Virus record (IMG/VR): IMGVR_UViG_3300047483_000174
Coordinates: 49,051 to 113,050 of that record
Direction: 5' to 3' (one strand)
DNA: 64,000 nucleotides
Source: a virus
Shown here: one piece after another, positions 37,988 to 47,943 of the stretch
Position numbering within the stretch: position 1 is the first letter of the stretch
How the letters are laid out: every line of letters starts with the position of its first letter
The notes under the pieces: generated by a model
The model's input: only the letters and a program-made list of their open reading frames with translations
The model's database searches: none
What the model was told of the DNA's origin: nothing
Translations under genes and position numbers: made by a program

Positions 37988-40900
37988 TTATCCGAAAATA
38001 ATTGCCATTGCGATTGCCAATCCAGTGCCGCCACGTGATCCGGTATAACCAATTACACCTTGAATACCCTGTGAACCAGTATAACCAATTACCCCTTGGG
38101 AACCAGTATAACCAATTACACCTTGAATACCCTGTGAGCCTGTATAACCAATTACACCCTGTGAACCTGTATATCCAATTACGCCTTGTGAACCAGTGAA
38201 ACCAGTAGCACCACGGGAACCAGTGTAACCAATTACACCTTGACTGCCTGTGTAACCAATTGGCCCCTGCACACCAGCAGCGGTAACCCACTGCGATGTA
38301 TCGCCATCGTTGAAATAAACTTTTATGGTTCCAGATTCAGTATCAAACCATATGTCACCGTTGTTTGGAGTAGATGGTGCAGTCGCAAGTGTTTGAGTGT
38401 TGAAACCTTGTGAACCCGTAAAGCCCTGTGAACCAGTGTATCCACGTGAACCAATAAAACCAGTAGAACCAGTATAACCAATAACACCTTGCGAACCAGT
38501 GTAACCAATTACACCTTGAATGCCTTGGCTACCTGTATAACCAATTACACCTTGGTCACCTTTAGACCCAGTGTATCCAATAATACCTTGTATACCTTGG
38601 CTACCAGTGAAGCCCTGAATGCCTTGAGAACCAGTAAATCCCTGAATACCTTGAATACCTTGACTTCCAGTAAAACCCTGAATACCCTGTATGCCTTGTG
38701 AACCAGTGAAACCAACATCACCCGATCTGTAGAACTGAATGGTGCAAGCCTCGGCGTTAGTAGGAAGAGACCCCGATACATATGTTACGTTTAGTTTTCT
38801 ATAACCAGTTGCGGTAGTGATAGAGTTGAGTCTGAAAACACACTTCGTTGTATCACTGTTTGTGTTAGAGTCAATGATAACAAAGCCTTTCACGGTGTTG
38901 GTGCTGTCGTCCCACGAATCTATGTAAGACGTGAAATCGACAGAACCTTGGTTCAGAATATCAATAAAAATTTGAGTTACAGAACCGATAGTAGCATTGT
39001 CAAAGCGGAAAATACCCGTTCCAGGATCAGCATCAGTCACCGTTGTAGAGAAATTATAGCGTAGACCAGCATTGTTACCCTCGCTTCCGGTGTAACCGAT
39101 TGGACCTTGCGAACCAGTAAAACCAATCACACCTTGCGAACCAGTATAACCAATAACACCTTGTATGCCTTGAGAACCAGTAAAGCCCTGAATGCCTTGG
39201 ATGCCCTGACTTCCAGTAAAGCCTTGAATACCCTGAATGCCTTGTGACCCTGTGTATCCAATAACACCTTGAATACCTTGTGAACCAGTATAACCAATTA
39301 CACCTTGTATGCCCTGAGAACCAGTAAAACCACGAGAACCAGTGTATCCAATTACACCTTGGCTTCCAGTGAAACCGATTATGCCTTGCGAACCAGTGAA
39401 ACCTTGGCTACCAGAGTATCCGATTGGTCCTTGGCTTCCAGTAAATCCCTGAATACCTTGAATACCTTGGTCGCCCTTAGAACCAGTGTATCCGATTGGA
39501 CCCTGAACCCCTTGGGAACCAGTATAACCAATAGAACCTGTATAACCAAGAGAACCAGTATATCCGATAACACCCTGCGAACCTGTATAACCAATATCAC
39601 CCTTGTCCCCAGTTCTTGCGAATGTAACAATGATATCATCGTTGTTGGCAAATGTGCCACTGCCAGATACATAACTACAGTTTACAGTAAACCAGCCTGT
39701 ATTGTTAGTCAAAGAAGTGATAGTATAAAGAGCAAAAGTAGATGCATCAAACTTTTTAGAAACTCTGAAGTGTCCTTTGATTGTACTTGTGCTGTCATCA
39801 ATTGTATTCAAATATGTTGAAATATCTGTTGCTGCATCGTTTGCCGCATCAATGTAGAGTGCAGTAGCAGAAGAAAGTGTAGCGTTATTGAATTTCAAAC
39901 GTCCAGTGGTTGGGTCTGCGGCGGTTGTAGTGCTGTCAAATGTATAATCAAACGTTGCTCCACCAAAGTTACCATCTGAACCACGAGAACCAGTAAAACC
40001 AATATCACCTTTGGAACCCGTGTAACCTATAACACCTTGAATGCCTTGACTACCTGTGTAACCAATAACGCCCTGTGAACCAGTGAAGCCCTGAGAACCT
40101 GTGTAACCAATTACGCCTTGACTTCCAGTAAACCCCTGAATACCCTGACTTCCAGTAAAGCCCTGTGACCCAGAGTATCCGATTGGTCCTTGTGAACCAG
40201 TAAAACCGATGTCGCCTTTTGAACCAGTAAAACCCTGCGAACCACTATACCCAATTACACCTTGAATACCTTGGCTACCTGTATAACCGATAACACCTTG
40301 TATGCCCTGACTTCCAGTAAAACCAGTCACGCCTTGAATACCCTGATTACCCTGTGAACCAGTAAATCCCTGTATACCTTGAATACCCTGTATACCTTGT
40401 GAACCCGTGTATCCGATTGGACCCTGAACACCCTGTGATCCTGTGTATCCCAAGTTACCAGAACGTGACAGATCAATGCTAACTATTTCGGCAGATGATG
40501 GAGTCAATGCACCAGCACCAGACACAAATGATACGTTCAACTGAACCCAAGTTGTGTTATCTACAACGCTGGTAACTTCATAAACATAATCTCGCTGTAA
40601 ATATCCAACAAGAGTGATATATGCTTTCACTGGGTTGTTCGAGCTTGCCCATTGAAGCAAATATGTTCTGTGTCCATTTCCGAGTGCATCGGTAGCGTTG
40701 AATGCCATAGCGGTAACAGAAGATGGTGTCGCATTGTTGAATCTAAAATAACCAGTTGTTGGTAGTGCCATTGTTGTTGTGGTTTCAAATTGCCAAGGCA
40801 ATCCGCCACCATAACCACGAGAACCAGTGAAACCAAGAGAACCTGTATAACCAATTACACCTTGACTGCCTGTGTAACCAATTACACCTTGGCTACCTGT

Positions 40901-41128
40901 ATAACCACGTGAGCCAATAAAACCCACTGAACCTGTATATCCGATTGGACCTTGAGAACCCGTAAAACCTTGAATACCTTGAATACCTTGAGAACCAGTA
41001 AATCCCTGTGAACCAGTATACCCTATCAGTCCACTAGTTGGACCTATCCAATTTCCGTTAGAATCAATAACGGGGGTTGACCCAGAAGTCAACCCATTCT
41101 TTACTATAAATTTCTTATCATTTGCCAT
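37988..41128 (-). CDS. Collagen-like fibre protein (GYTGSQ-type Gly-X-Y repeats) with three ~100-aa globular inserts
   Basis: Long Gly-X-Y tracts visible in the translation; C-terminal AIAMAIIFG. Confidence 0.85.
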   Translation of the reverse strand: MANDKKFIVKNGLTSGSTPVIDSNGNWIGPTSGLIGYTGSQGFTGSQGIQGIQGFTGSQGPIGYTGSVGFIGSRGYTGSQGVIGYTGSQGVIGYTGSLGFTGSRGYGGGLPWQFETTTTMALPTTGYFRFNNATPSSVTAMAFNATDALGNGHRTYLLQWASSNNPVKAYITLVGYLQRDYVYEVTSVVDNTTWVQLNVSFVSGAGALTPSSAEIVSIDLSRSGNLGYTGSQGVQGPIGYTGSQGIQGIQGIQGFTGSQGNQGIQGVTGFTGSQGIQGVIGYTGSQGIQGVIGYSGSQGFTGSKGDIGFTGSQGPIGYSGSQGFTGSQGIQGFTGSQGVIGYTGSQGFTGSQGVIGYTGSQGIQGVIGYTGSKGDIGFTGSRGSDGNFGGATFDYTFDSTTTAADPTTGRLKFNNATLSSATALYIDAANDAATDISTYLNTIDDSTSTIKGHFRVSKKFDASTFALYTITSLTNNTGWFTVNCSYVSGSGTFANNDDIIVTFARTGDKGDIGYTGSQGVIGYTGSLGYTGSIGYTGSQGVQGPIGYTGSKGDQGIQGIQGFTGSQGPIGYSGSQGFTGSQGIIGFTGSQGVIGYTGSRGFTGSQGIQGVIGYTGSQGIQGVIGYTGSQGIQGIQGFTGSQGIQGIQGFTGSQGIQGVIGYTGSQGVIGFTGSQGPIGYTGSEGNNAGLRYNFSTTVTDADPGTGIFRFDNATIGSVTQIFIDILNQGSVDFTSYIDSWDDSTNTVKGFVIIDSNTNSDTTKCVFRLNSITTATGYRKLNVTYVSGSLPTNAEACTIQFYRSGDVGFTGSQGIQGIQGFTGSQGIQGIQGFTGSQGIQGFTGSQGIQGIIGYTGSKGDQGVIGYTGSQGIQGVIGYTGSQGVIGYTGSTGFIGSRGYTGSQGFTGSQGFNTQTLATAPSTPNNGDIWFDTESGTIKVYFNDGDTSQWVTAAGVQGPIGYTGSQGVIGYTGSRGATGFTGSQGVIGYTGSQGVIGYTGSQGIQGVIGYTGSQGVIGYTGSQGIQGVIGYTGSRGGTGLAIAMAIIFG

Positions 41129-41167
41129 GGTTCACTCTCCCCTTTAGCAATCTATTATTTGTTATAT

Positions 41168-43288
41168 TTATGCAACTATCAAGGTCTCTGACACTTTATA
41201 TTGGGTTGAGTTTGCACTTGTTCCAGTTGCCATTATTCTCGCATTTCCCGAACTAATATCTACGTCATATGTGACAAATGCAGAACCTCCAGTATAAACA
41301 ACGCCATATTCAGTTGCGGATGCTGTTGTTCCATCATGTGCAACCAATAACTCCGTAACTTGAACTTCTCCTGATACTGTGTCATATGCTTGAACTATCA
41401 TCTTTCCAGAACGGAAAGACGCGACTGCAAACGATGCAATTTGAGTTTTCGTGGTTGTTGCGAGAGTAGTTGTTTCAGAATTTAGATTGACATTTGAGTT
41501 TATTTCAATATCCCCTGCCACATCAAGTGTTGCCGATGGGGATGTTGTTTTTATACCAACTCTATTATTTACATCATCATAGTAGAGGTTGGCAGCACCG
41601 CCAGATATTCCGCCATTATTGTATATTACCTGGCCATCTGTTCCTGCAACTGGACCAGTAGAACCAGTGTATCCAATTACACCTTGGCTTCCAGTGAAAC
41701 CGATTATGCCTTGAATACCTTGAACACCTTGACTTCCAGTAAATCCTTGAATACCTTGAACACCTTGTGAACCAGTGAAACCAATAACACCTTGGTCTCC
41801 TTTGGACCCTGTATAACCAATTACGCCCTGAATACCTTGACTGCCTGTATAACCAATCACGCCTTGTATACCTTGGCTTCCTGTATAACCAATTACGCCT
41901 TGTGAGCCAGTATAACCTGTTGTACCTCTAGAACCAGTATATCCAATTAGCCCTTGAGAACCAGTATATCCAATTACACCCTGTGGTCCAGTAATACCCT
42001 GCGAACCAGACAAATCACTTACATATGAATAGATACTTCCATTCCATAGATATAGACGTGAATTTTCTGCGTTCTCTACATCACCAGTTTCAATAATAGC
42101 AAATTGACCCGCAACAATACCAGTTGGTGCAGTGTCGGCAGTAAGAGCAGCAACAGATGCATACGATTTTGCGATAGAGAAACCAAGTCCTGTATCACCT
42201 TTGGAACCAGTGAAACCCTGTATTCCCTGAGAACCAGTAAAACCACGTGAACCACTATAACCAATAACACCTTGGCTTCCAGTGAACCCTTGGATGCCTT
42301 GTATGCCTTGAGAACCAGTATAACCAATTACACCCTGAATACCCTGTGATCCTGTATATCCGATTACACCTTGAATGCCTTGTATGCCCTGAGAACCAGT
42401 AAATCCTTGGCTTCCTGTATACCCAATTACACCCTGAACACCTTGTATGCCTTGACTTCCAGTATAACCAATAACGCCCTGTATGCCTTGACTTCCAGTA
42501 AATCCCTGAATACCTTGAATACCTTGACTTCCAGTAAATCCTCGGCTACCAGTAAAACCAATTACACCCTGAATACCTTGACTTCCAGTATAACCAATAA
42601 CGCCCTGTATGCCCTGACTTCCAGTAAATCCCTGAATACCTTGACTACCCGTGTACCCAATTACACCTTGTGAACCAGTGAAACCAATAACACCTTGGTC
42701 TCCTTTGGACCCTGTATAACCAATTACACCCTGTGAACCAGTAAAGCCCTGTATACCTTGTATACCTTGGCTACCTGTATAACCAATATTCCCTTGGTCT
42801 CCTTTTGAACCAGTGTAGCCAATTACGCCTTGACTTCCAGTATATCCCTGAATACCTTGGCTACCTGTGTAACCGTGCGACCCTGTGTAACCAATTACGC
42901 CTTGACTTCCAGTATATCCCTGAATACCTTGACTTCCAGTAAAGCCCTGACTACCAGTATATCCTATGGTTACTGGACTCGCATCAACCCATTGACTGTT
43001 GTTCCATACATATAAACGACCAGTATCGCCAGTATCATACCAAAGTGTTCCGTAATCTGGATTTTCTGGTGCAGTAGATGAAACCACAACTGGTGAAGTT
43101 CCAACAGACCACGTATTTTGCGCAGTTCGGTATCTTATACTTTTTGATGATACGTCAATCCATACGTCATTTGGTTCAATTGTGTATGATGATGATGGGT
43201 CAGATGATCCTTGGTAAATGGTTGTCCCACCTTTACCTATTTTGAAGTATGGCACTGTTGTGCCTTTTGCGTTTATTGTTATAGCCAT
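41168..43288 (-). CDS. Collagen-like fibre protein with C-terminal globular domain
   Basis: Gly-X-Y GYTGSQ/GIQ tracts; C-terminal FRSGKMIVQ...ELLVAHDG...TEYG domain also present in the 187-aa protein. Confidence 0.85.
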   Translation of the reverse strand: MAITINAKGTTVPYFKIGKGGTTIYQGSSDPSSSYTIEPNDVWIDVSSKSIRYRTAQNTWSVGTSPVVVSSTAPENPDYGTLWYDTGDTGRLYVWNNSQWVDASPVTIGYTGSQGFTGSQGIQGYTGSQGVIGYTGSHGYTGSQGIQGYTGSQGVIGYTGSKGDQGNIGYTGSQGIQGIQGFTGSQGVIGYTGSKGDQGVIGFTGSQGVIGYTGSQGIQGFTGSQGIQGVIGYTGSQGIQGVIGFTGSRGFTGSQGIQGIQGFTGSQGIQGVIGYTGSQGIQGVQGVIGYTGSQGFTGSQGIQGIQGVIGYTGSQGIQGVIGYTGSQGIQGIQGFTGSQGVIGYSGSRGFTGSQGIQGFTGSKGDTGLGFSIAKSYASVAALTADTAPTGIVAGQFAIIETGDVENAENSRLYLWNGSIYSYVSDLSGSQGITGPQGVIGYTGSQGLIGYTGSRGTTGYTGSQGVIGYTGSQGIQGVIGYTGSQGIQGVIGYTGSKGDQGVIGFTGSQGVQGIQGFTGSQGVQGIQGIIGFTGSQGVIGYTGSTGPVAGTDGQVIYNNGGISGGAANLYYDDVNNRVGIKTTSPSATLDVAGDIEINSNVNLNSETTTLATTTKTQIASFAVASFRSGKMIVQAYDTVSGEVQVTELLVAHDGTTASATEYGVVYTGGSAFVTYDVDISSGNARIMATGTSANSTQYKVSETLIVA

Positions 43289-43364
43289 TTTATGTCCTCA
43301 ACGTTCTGGGTTTTGGGTCAGGATATTATCCTGTCGTCAAGAGTTGCACGATACTTATATTTAT

Positions 43365-43400
43365 CATAAAGATAAAAGGACAGAATCCCTTTATCTTTAT
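43365..43400. terminator. Long AT-rich hairpin between the chaperone gene and the next late promoter
   Basis: ATAAAGATAAA-AGGA / TCC-CTTTATCTTTAT inverted repeat. Confidence 0.55.
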
Positions 43401-43412
43401 TTCGCAAATCTA

Positions 43413-43775
43413 TTACTCAGATGGCCAAACAATATTGAACGGATCAGATTGAGATTGTGGCAAATCTCGCAACGCCTGACGATAACCCACCAATTCATTA
43501 GGAACTGGAGTTCCAACTTCCAAAAACCGAAGTATTCTTGCATCGGTTTCATTCAAAAGCCTATTTCTCAAGTCTCTTATTTCTTGCCATTTGATTGCAA
43601 GTTCAGAACTTGTTGGTTCTTGTATTTGCCAATTTTCACCATCCCATTTTAATGATTGCCCTGATATTAATTCTGGCTTGTCTGGTGCAAGAACAAAATC
43701 GTTTATGTCATATTCCGCCACGTTACTTGGTAATGGATAAGGATATGCACCTTTATAACTATATAGATTCGACAT
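43413..43775 (-). CDS. Tail fibre assembly chaperone
   Basis: WQEIRDLRNRLLNETD...YRQALRDLPQ..SDPFNIVWP motif. Confidence 0.8.
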   Translation of the reverse strand: MSNLYSYKGAYPYPLPSNVAEYDINDFVLAPDKPELISGQSLKWDGENWQIQEPTSSELAIKWQEIRDLRNRLLNETDARILRFLEVGTPVPNELVGYRQALRDLPQSQSDPFNIVWPSE

Positions 43776-44527
43776 TATAGAACTCCTGTATTAGTTGATG
43801 GGAACGCTCTATTTGGACCCCAAATGATGCGAACTGCTCCGTCACCTCCGTTGCCAGCGGAATAGCTACTAAAGTCTGATCCCGCACCACCACCGCCATA
43901 CGTGCCAGCAGCAGAGCCAACTCCACTACTTCCACCACTACCAGCCGTTCCGCCGACAGTAGTAGAACCTCCAGACCCAGAAGTTCCTTGACCTAATATT
44001 CCTACACCGCCACCAGAGCCACCATTTGTGGCTGTTCCGCCACCACCTCCACCGCCGACACAAACCACATGAACATAGTTGACTCCAGCGGGACATACCC
44101 ATGAATAAGTTCCTGGTTGTGTATAAGTGGCTTCTCCATTTTCTGAAGGATATACTATACTCTGAGTGCTATTGAAATATTGCCAAGCACTTCCATCCCA
44201 TATTGATAAAGTTTTAGTAGATGGCTTAAACCACATATCACCAGTAGACGGAAATGATGGTTGAGTTTCGGTAGACTGAACCGATGAACCACCGGCACCC
44301 GTACCAGCAGACCCAGTATACCCGATTACACCCTGACTACCTTGCGAACCAGTATAACCTTGCGAACCAGTATAACCTTGCGAACCAGTATAGCCACCAC
44401 TTGCCTCAATGATATTCGTTGGAGTTGCCTCCCCTCTCCATTTTACGCCGTCATATTTGTATCTAACTCCGTTATTCGCCACATGAATCTGGTTCAATGA
44501 TGGATTGGTTGGAAGGCTAAATGTCAT
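43775..44527 (-). CDS. Glycine-rich fibre protein with short collagen-like tract
   Basis: FSLPTNPSLNQ N-terminus, GYTGSQ x4, WVCPAGVNYVHVVCVGGGGGG Gly-rich domain. Confidence 0.7.
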   Translation of the reverse strand: MTFSLPTNPSLNQIHVANNGVRYKYDGVKWRGEATPTNIIEASGGYTGSQGYTGSQGYTGSQGSQGVIGYTGSAGTGAGGSSVQSTETQPSFPSTGDMWFKPSTKTLSIWDGSAWQYFNSTQSIVYPSENGEATYTQPGTYSWVCPAGVNYVHVVCVGGGGGGGTATNGGSGGGVGILGQGTSGSGGSTTVGGTAGSGGSSGVGSAAGTYGGGGAGSDFSSYSAGNGGDGAVRIIWGPNRAFPSTNTGVL

Positions 44528-44551
44528 AATTATCTCCTTATTTTTCTGTAT

Positions 44552-47362
44552 TTATATTATTACAACTTCGATTATTTTTTGGGCGTCACTTGAATCTTCT
44601 TGCAAAGATTTTGCAAATACAGCCGCGCCTTTGTCTATTTTTCCAACACTTTTTGCAAATCCAGCAACTTCGCTTGTAACTAATAAATCGCCCTTTTTTA
44701 CTGGACCGATAACCTTACACAGAACACGGCCACGCAATGCAATATACGGATGTGTTGAATCTGTTCCAGCTTGTGAGTTCATCTTGAAAGCTGGGTTGCC
44801 AGAAATAACACCAGCAACAGAAACATCTTCTTCGGTTGTAGTTGTAGTAATTTCTTTTTCGCCGCCAAACACAACAACAGTTCCGACTTCATATTCCAAG
44901 TCAGATTCGTATCTTTCCGCCAAGTCAGCATAGGTTGCCTCTATAGTTCTACCATACACCGCCCGCCACTGATTGGTAGAAGTTCCCAAGTCATATGTGT
45001 TATCTGCATCAACCAATATTGACCCGCTCATCGTTCCACCAGAAATATTCAAATAACTTCCAGTGATACCACCAATAACTTGGTAGCCAACATGGCGAAC
45101 AATAGTAACTTGACCGTTTGGTAATGGATTTACAAATGATATTGTTGTTCCAGAAACTGTGTAATCACCGCCTGGGGTTTGTGTAACGCCGTTCATAGTT
45201 ACGATCAACGCTTCTGGACTTCCTGGAGTTGCAGAAAGTGTGAAATCAGTTTGCGTTCCGTTTCCAGTGAAAACATCTTTCACAACCGTTGGAACATTCG
45301 TTAGATTGTTAAAATGAACAGATGAACTGCCACTGGTTTCTAATTCTGTTCGTAAAATATCAACTCTTGCGTCAGCACGAGAATCAGTATAATATAGATT
45401 TGTAGTCCCCTCTGCTAAGTCATCGGTTGACGATGCAGATAGAGAACCTATGTTCTGATATACAATGCCATCGTTTGTAAATTGCCATGTATCGGTAAAT
45501 TCGTTCCAACGAATTGAAACATCATTTTCTATTCCACGGTTAATTTCTATACCAGAATTTAAAGTTGGATATTCGGTAGGTCCAACACCAGCGTTCAAAA
45601 TTATGATATTATCATTTACAACCAATTCAACGGTGTTGATGAAAGTAGTATTACCAGAAACGGTCAAGTCGCCAGTCAATACCATGTCAACAAATTCAAC
45701 AGACGCAGTTGAATCTAACTCTATTACGCCAGTAGTGGAATTGTATGTAACACCATTTGTTGCACTGATGGTTTGTCGTATTTCGCTTGTTGTAACACTA
45801 ACATAATCAATCTTATCAGTGAGCGAATTATATGTTAAACTGCCGTATTCAGCGGTGTCATTTATAATATTGCTGATTAGAGTATTGACTCTATCGTCAG
45901 TGTAATAAAGATTTACAGTTCCTTCTGCCAAATCATCAGTGCTGTTGCCAGATAAGTCGTATCCGCCGTTTGTGAATGAAGAAATGGTTAACGTGTTTGC
46001 AACATCGTTATAAGATAAAGTAATATTGCTTCCAGCAACCAATAACGCCGCAACCCTATCATCAACTCTTTCATTCGTAAAATAAAGATTTGTGCCTTCT
46101 GCTAAATCACTTGTTGTTTTCAAAGCAAAATCGTTATTGAAATTTACAGATTTGTATGTTGTTACGGATAATACACCAGTAGAAGGATTATACGACAAAT
46201 CACCAGAAACACTTATTGCATTTCTCGCTCGTGTATTAGTAAAATACAGATTAGTGCCTTCTGCTAGATTCGTGGTTGTCTTTGTAGCAAAATCGTTATT
46301 GAAATTTACAGATTTGTATGTTGTTACGGATAATACACCAGTAGAAGGATTATACGACAAGTCGCCAGATACACTTATAGCATCCCTTGCTCTTGTATTG
46401 GTAAAATATAGATTAGTGCCTTCTGTTAAATCTGTCGTAGTATGATTTGAAATACTCGAAACTGTTCCTGTCACGTTTCCGACAAGTTCGGAATATACAG
46501 TGTTTGCTTGGAAGTTGGCCAGTTCAAATGACGGATGGGCAGTGTCTATATATATACTTGTATCTGGTTCTGGTGTATAACCCTGAAATATTTTCCATCT
46601 TCCATCGGTGGCATCTCGGAAGAATCCAGTATGGTGATATGTTCCATCATTGTAGTTTCCTGCGATTCCTAAGTCTGGATTGGTATTTGTGCTTCCATCG
46701 TTTAAATAAATCAGGTTGTCGGCAATTGCCAAATTTTCAGACGATATTGTAATTGTGGTTCCGCTTACAGTAAGGTTTCCATCAATCTGAACGTTACCAG
46801 TTGCGTTTATGTCATTGAATGTAACATTAGAAGTGTTGGTTAAATCCTGCCCGACTGATATTTCACCGTCAGTAATTGTAACACCAGTTCCGCCAGTAAA
46901 ATGAGCGCGAACTTCTGTCGCAGTTGGTCCAGTGTATGTAATTTCGCCAGTTGATGAGTTATATGAAAGTGAACCATCGCCACTCACATCTGTCACTGAT
47001 ATCGCGTTTCTTGCTCGTGCATTTGTGAAGTATAGGTTGGAGGTTCCCTCTGACACATCATCAGATGTCAACACAACATCACCGATTTGTCCGTTGACAC
47101 TGCCAACCGAGCCAGTGGCGCTGAAGCTAAGACTTCCATTTATATCGTCATATACAATTGTTATATTCGTATGTGTTCCAGCATTTATCAATGCGGCAAC
47201 GCGGTCATCAATTGAATCAGGAGATACCAGATCAGTAAAATAAAAGTTATATGAAGAATCAATTGCTAAAACTTGGCCGTCAGTTCCTGGAACCACTTTT
47301 AATTTTTCGGCAGTTATACTGTTATTACCTATAACAAATTCGGATACTTGTGTAATAGTCAT
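44552..47362 (-). CDS. Long fibre protein with TDDLxEGTTNLY(F/Y)T repeats and chaperone-like C-terminus
   Basis: Six recognisable EGTxNLY motifs; ADLAERY...GTVVVFGG C-terminal domain. Confidence 0.75.
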   Translation of the reverse strand: MTITQVSEFVIGNNSITAEKLKVVPGTDGQVLAIDSSYNFYFTDLVSPDSIDDRVAALINAGTHTNITIVYDDINGSLSFSATGSVGSVNGQIGDVVLTSDDVSEGTSNLYFTNARARNAISVTDVSGDGSLSYNSSTGEITYTGPTATEVRAHFTGGTGVTITDGEISVGQDLTNTSNVTFNDINATGNVQIDGNLTVSGTTITISSENLAIADNLIYLNDGSTNTNPDLGIAGNYNDGTYHHTGFFRDATDGRWKIFQGYTPEPDTSIYIDTAHPSFELANFQANTVYSELVGNVTGTVSSISNHTTTDLTEGTNLYFTNTRARDAISVSGDLSYNPSTGVLSVTTYKSVNFNNDFATKTTTNLAEGTNLYFTNTRARNAISVSGDLSYNPSTGVLSVTTYKSVNFNNDFALKTTSDLAEGTNLYFTNERVDDRVAALLVAGSNITLSYNDVANTLTISSFTNGGYDLSGNSTDDLAEGTVNLYYTDDRVNTLISNIINDTAEYGSLTYNSLTDKIDYVSVTTSEIRQTISATNGVTYNSTTGVIELDSTASVEFVDMVLTGDLTVSGNTTFINTVELVVNDNIIILNAGVGPTEYPTLNSGIEINRGIENDVSIRWNEFTDTWQFTNDGIVYQNIGSLSASSTDDLAEGTTNLYYTDSRADARVDILRTELETSGSSSVHFNNLTNVPTVVKDVFTGNGTQTDFTLSATPGSPEALIVTMNGVTQTPGGDYTVSGTTISFVNPLPNGQVTIVRHVGYQVIGGITGSYLNISGGTMSGSILVDADNTYDLGTSTNQWRAVYGRTIEATYADLAERYESDLEYEVGTVVVFGGEKEITTTTTEEDVSVAGVISGNPAFKMNSQAGTDSTHPYIALRGRVLCKVIGPVKKGDLLVTSEVAGFAKSVGKIDKGAAVFAKSLQEDSSDAQKIIEVVII
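46124..46360. repeat. 75-bp exact direct repeat with 162-bp period inside the 936-aa fibre gene
   Basis: 46124-46198 is identical to 46286-46360. Confidence 0.9.
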
Positions 47363-47378
47363 TTATATCTCCATATCC

Positions 47379-47942
47379 TCAATTATATAACAAAGTAGAT
47401 ATTACTTTGTATTTTACCGTATTACTTGAAACTCCAGTTGCAACCAATGATACGTTGCCAGATACAACAGAAACTTCATATGAGGATATGATATTATTTG
47501 TAGTAACGGTCGCATATTCAGTGGCAACAACTGATGAGTTTGTATTTGATGCTAATAGCTCAGTTGTTTGTCTAACCCCAGACGCTTGGTCGTATGCCAA
47601 TACAACAAACTTTGCGCCGCCATATGTGGATGCCGAATAATTTATAATTTCGGTTGGTGTGACGCCCGATACAATAGTGGTTGACGATACTATGGTTGCG
47701 TCATTGTTTATTGTAATTTGAGAATATTGGGGGGAAGATGGCTCGGTATAATCAATTGTGATAGTTCCGCCATCACCAAGTGTTATTGTTCCGCCGCCAG
47801 TTAGACTTCCAGTAGTATTGATTTCAACAGTTGTATTACCGCGAACAGCATTTGTTGAACCATTACCGAAAACGTCTGAGTTCAGATGAAAAAAATGAAC
47901 CTCAGTGTTTCCCAGTAAATTGCTGTTAACCTTCGTTGTCAT
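47379..47942 (-). CDS. Virion structural protein sharing the C-terminal domain of the 706-aa fibre
   Basis: YGGAKFVVLAYD...TELLASN...TEYA, compared with FRSGKMIVQAYD...TELLVAH...TEYG. Confidence 0.65.
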   Translation of the reverse strand: MTTKVNSNLLGNTEVHFFHLNSDVFGNGSTNAVRGNTTVEINTTGSLTGGGTITLGDGGTITIDYTEPSSPQYSQITINNDATIVSSTTIVSGVTPTEIINYSASTYGGAKFVVLAYDQASGVRQTTELLASNTNSSVVATEYATVTTNNIISSYEVSVVSGNVSLVATGVSSNTVKYKVISTLLYN

Positions 47943-47943
47943 A

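Noticed and set aside
37962-43015. Many 60-170 aa antisense or alternative-frame ORFs over the collagen genes
   Set aside because: By-products of low-complexity repeats.
37988-43288. Periodic GAACCAGT...ACC DNA repeats as a CRISPR array or DGR template/variable repeats
   Set aside because: Repeats are in-frame codons for Gly-X-Y with synonymous variation, no unique spacers, and no cas or reverse transcriptase gene in the window.
43289-43364. Riboswitch in the 706-aa fibre leader (CAGGAT-AAT-ATCCTG hairpin)
   Set aside because: Only one short hairpin; no recognisable aptamer consensus.
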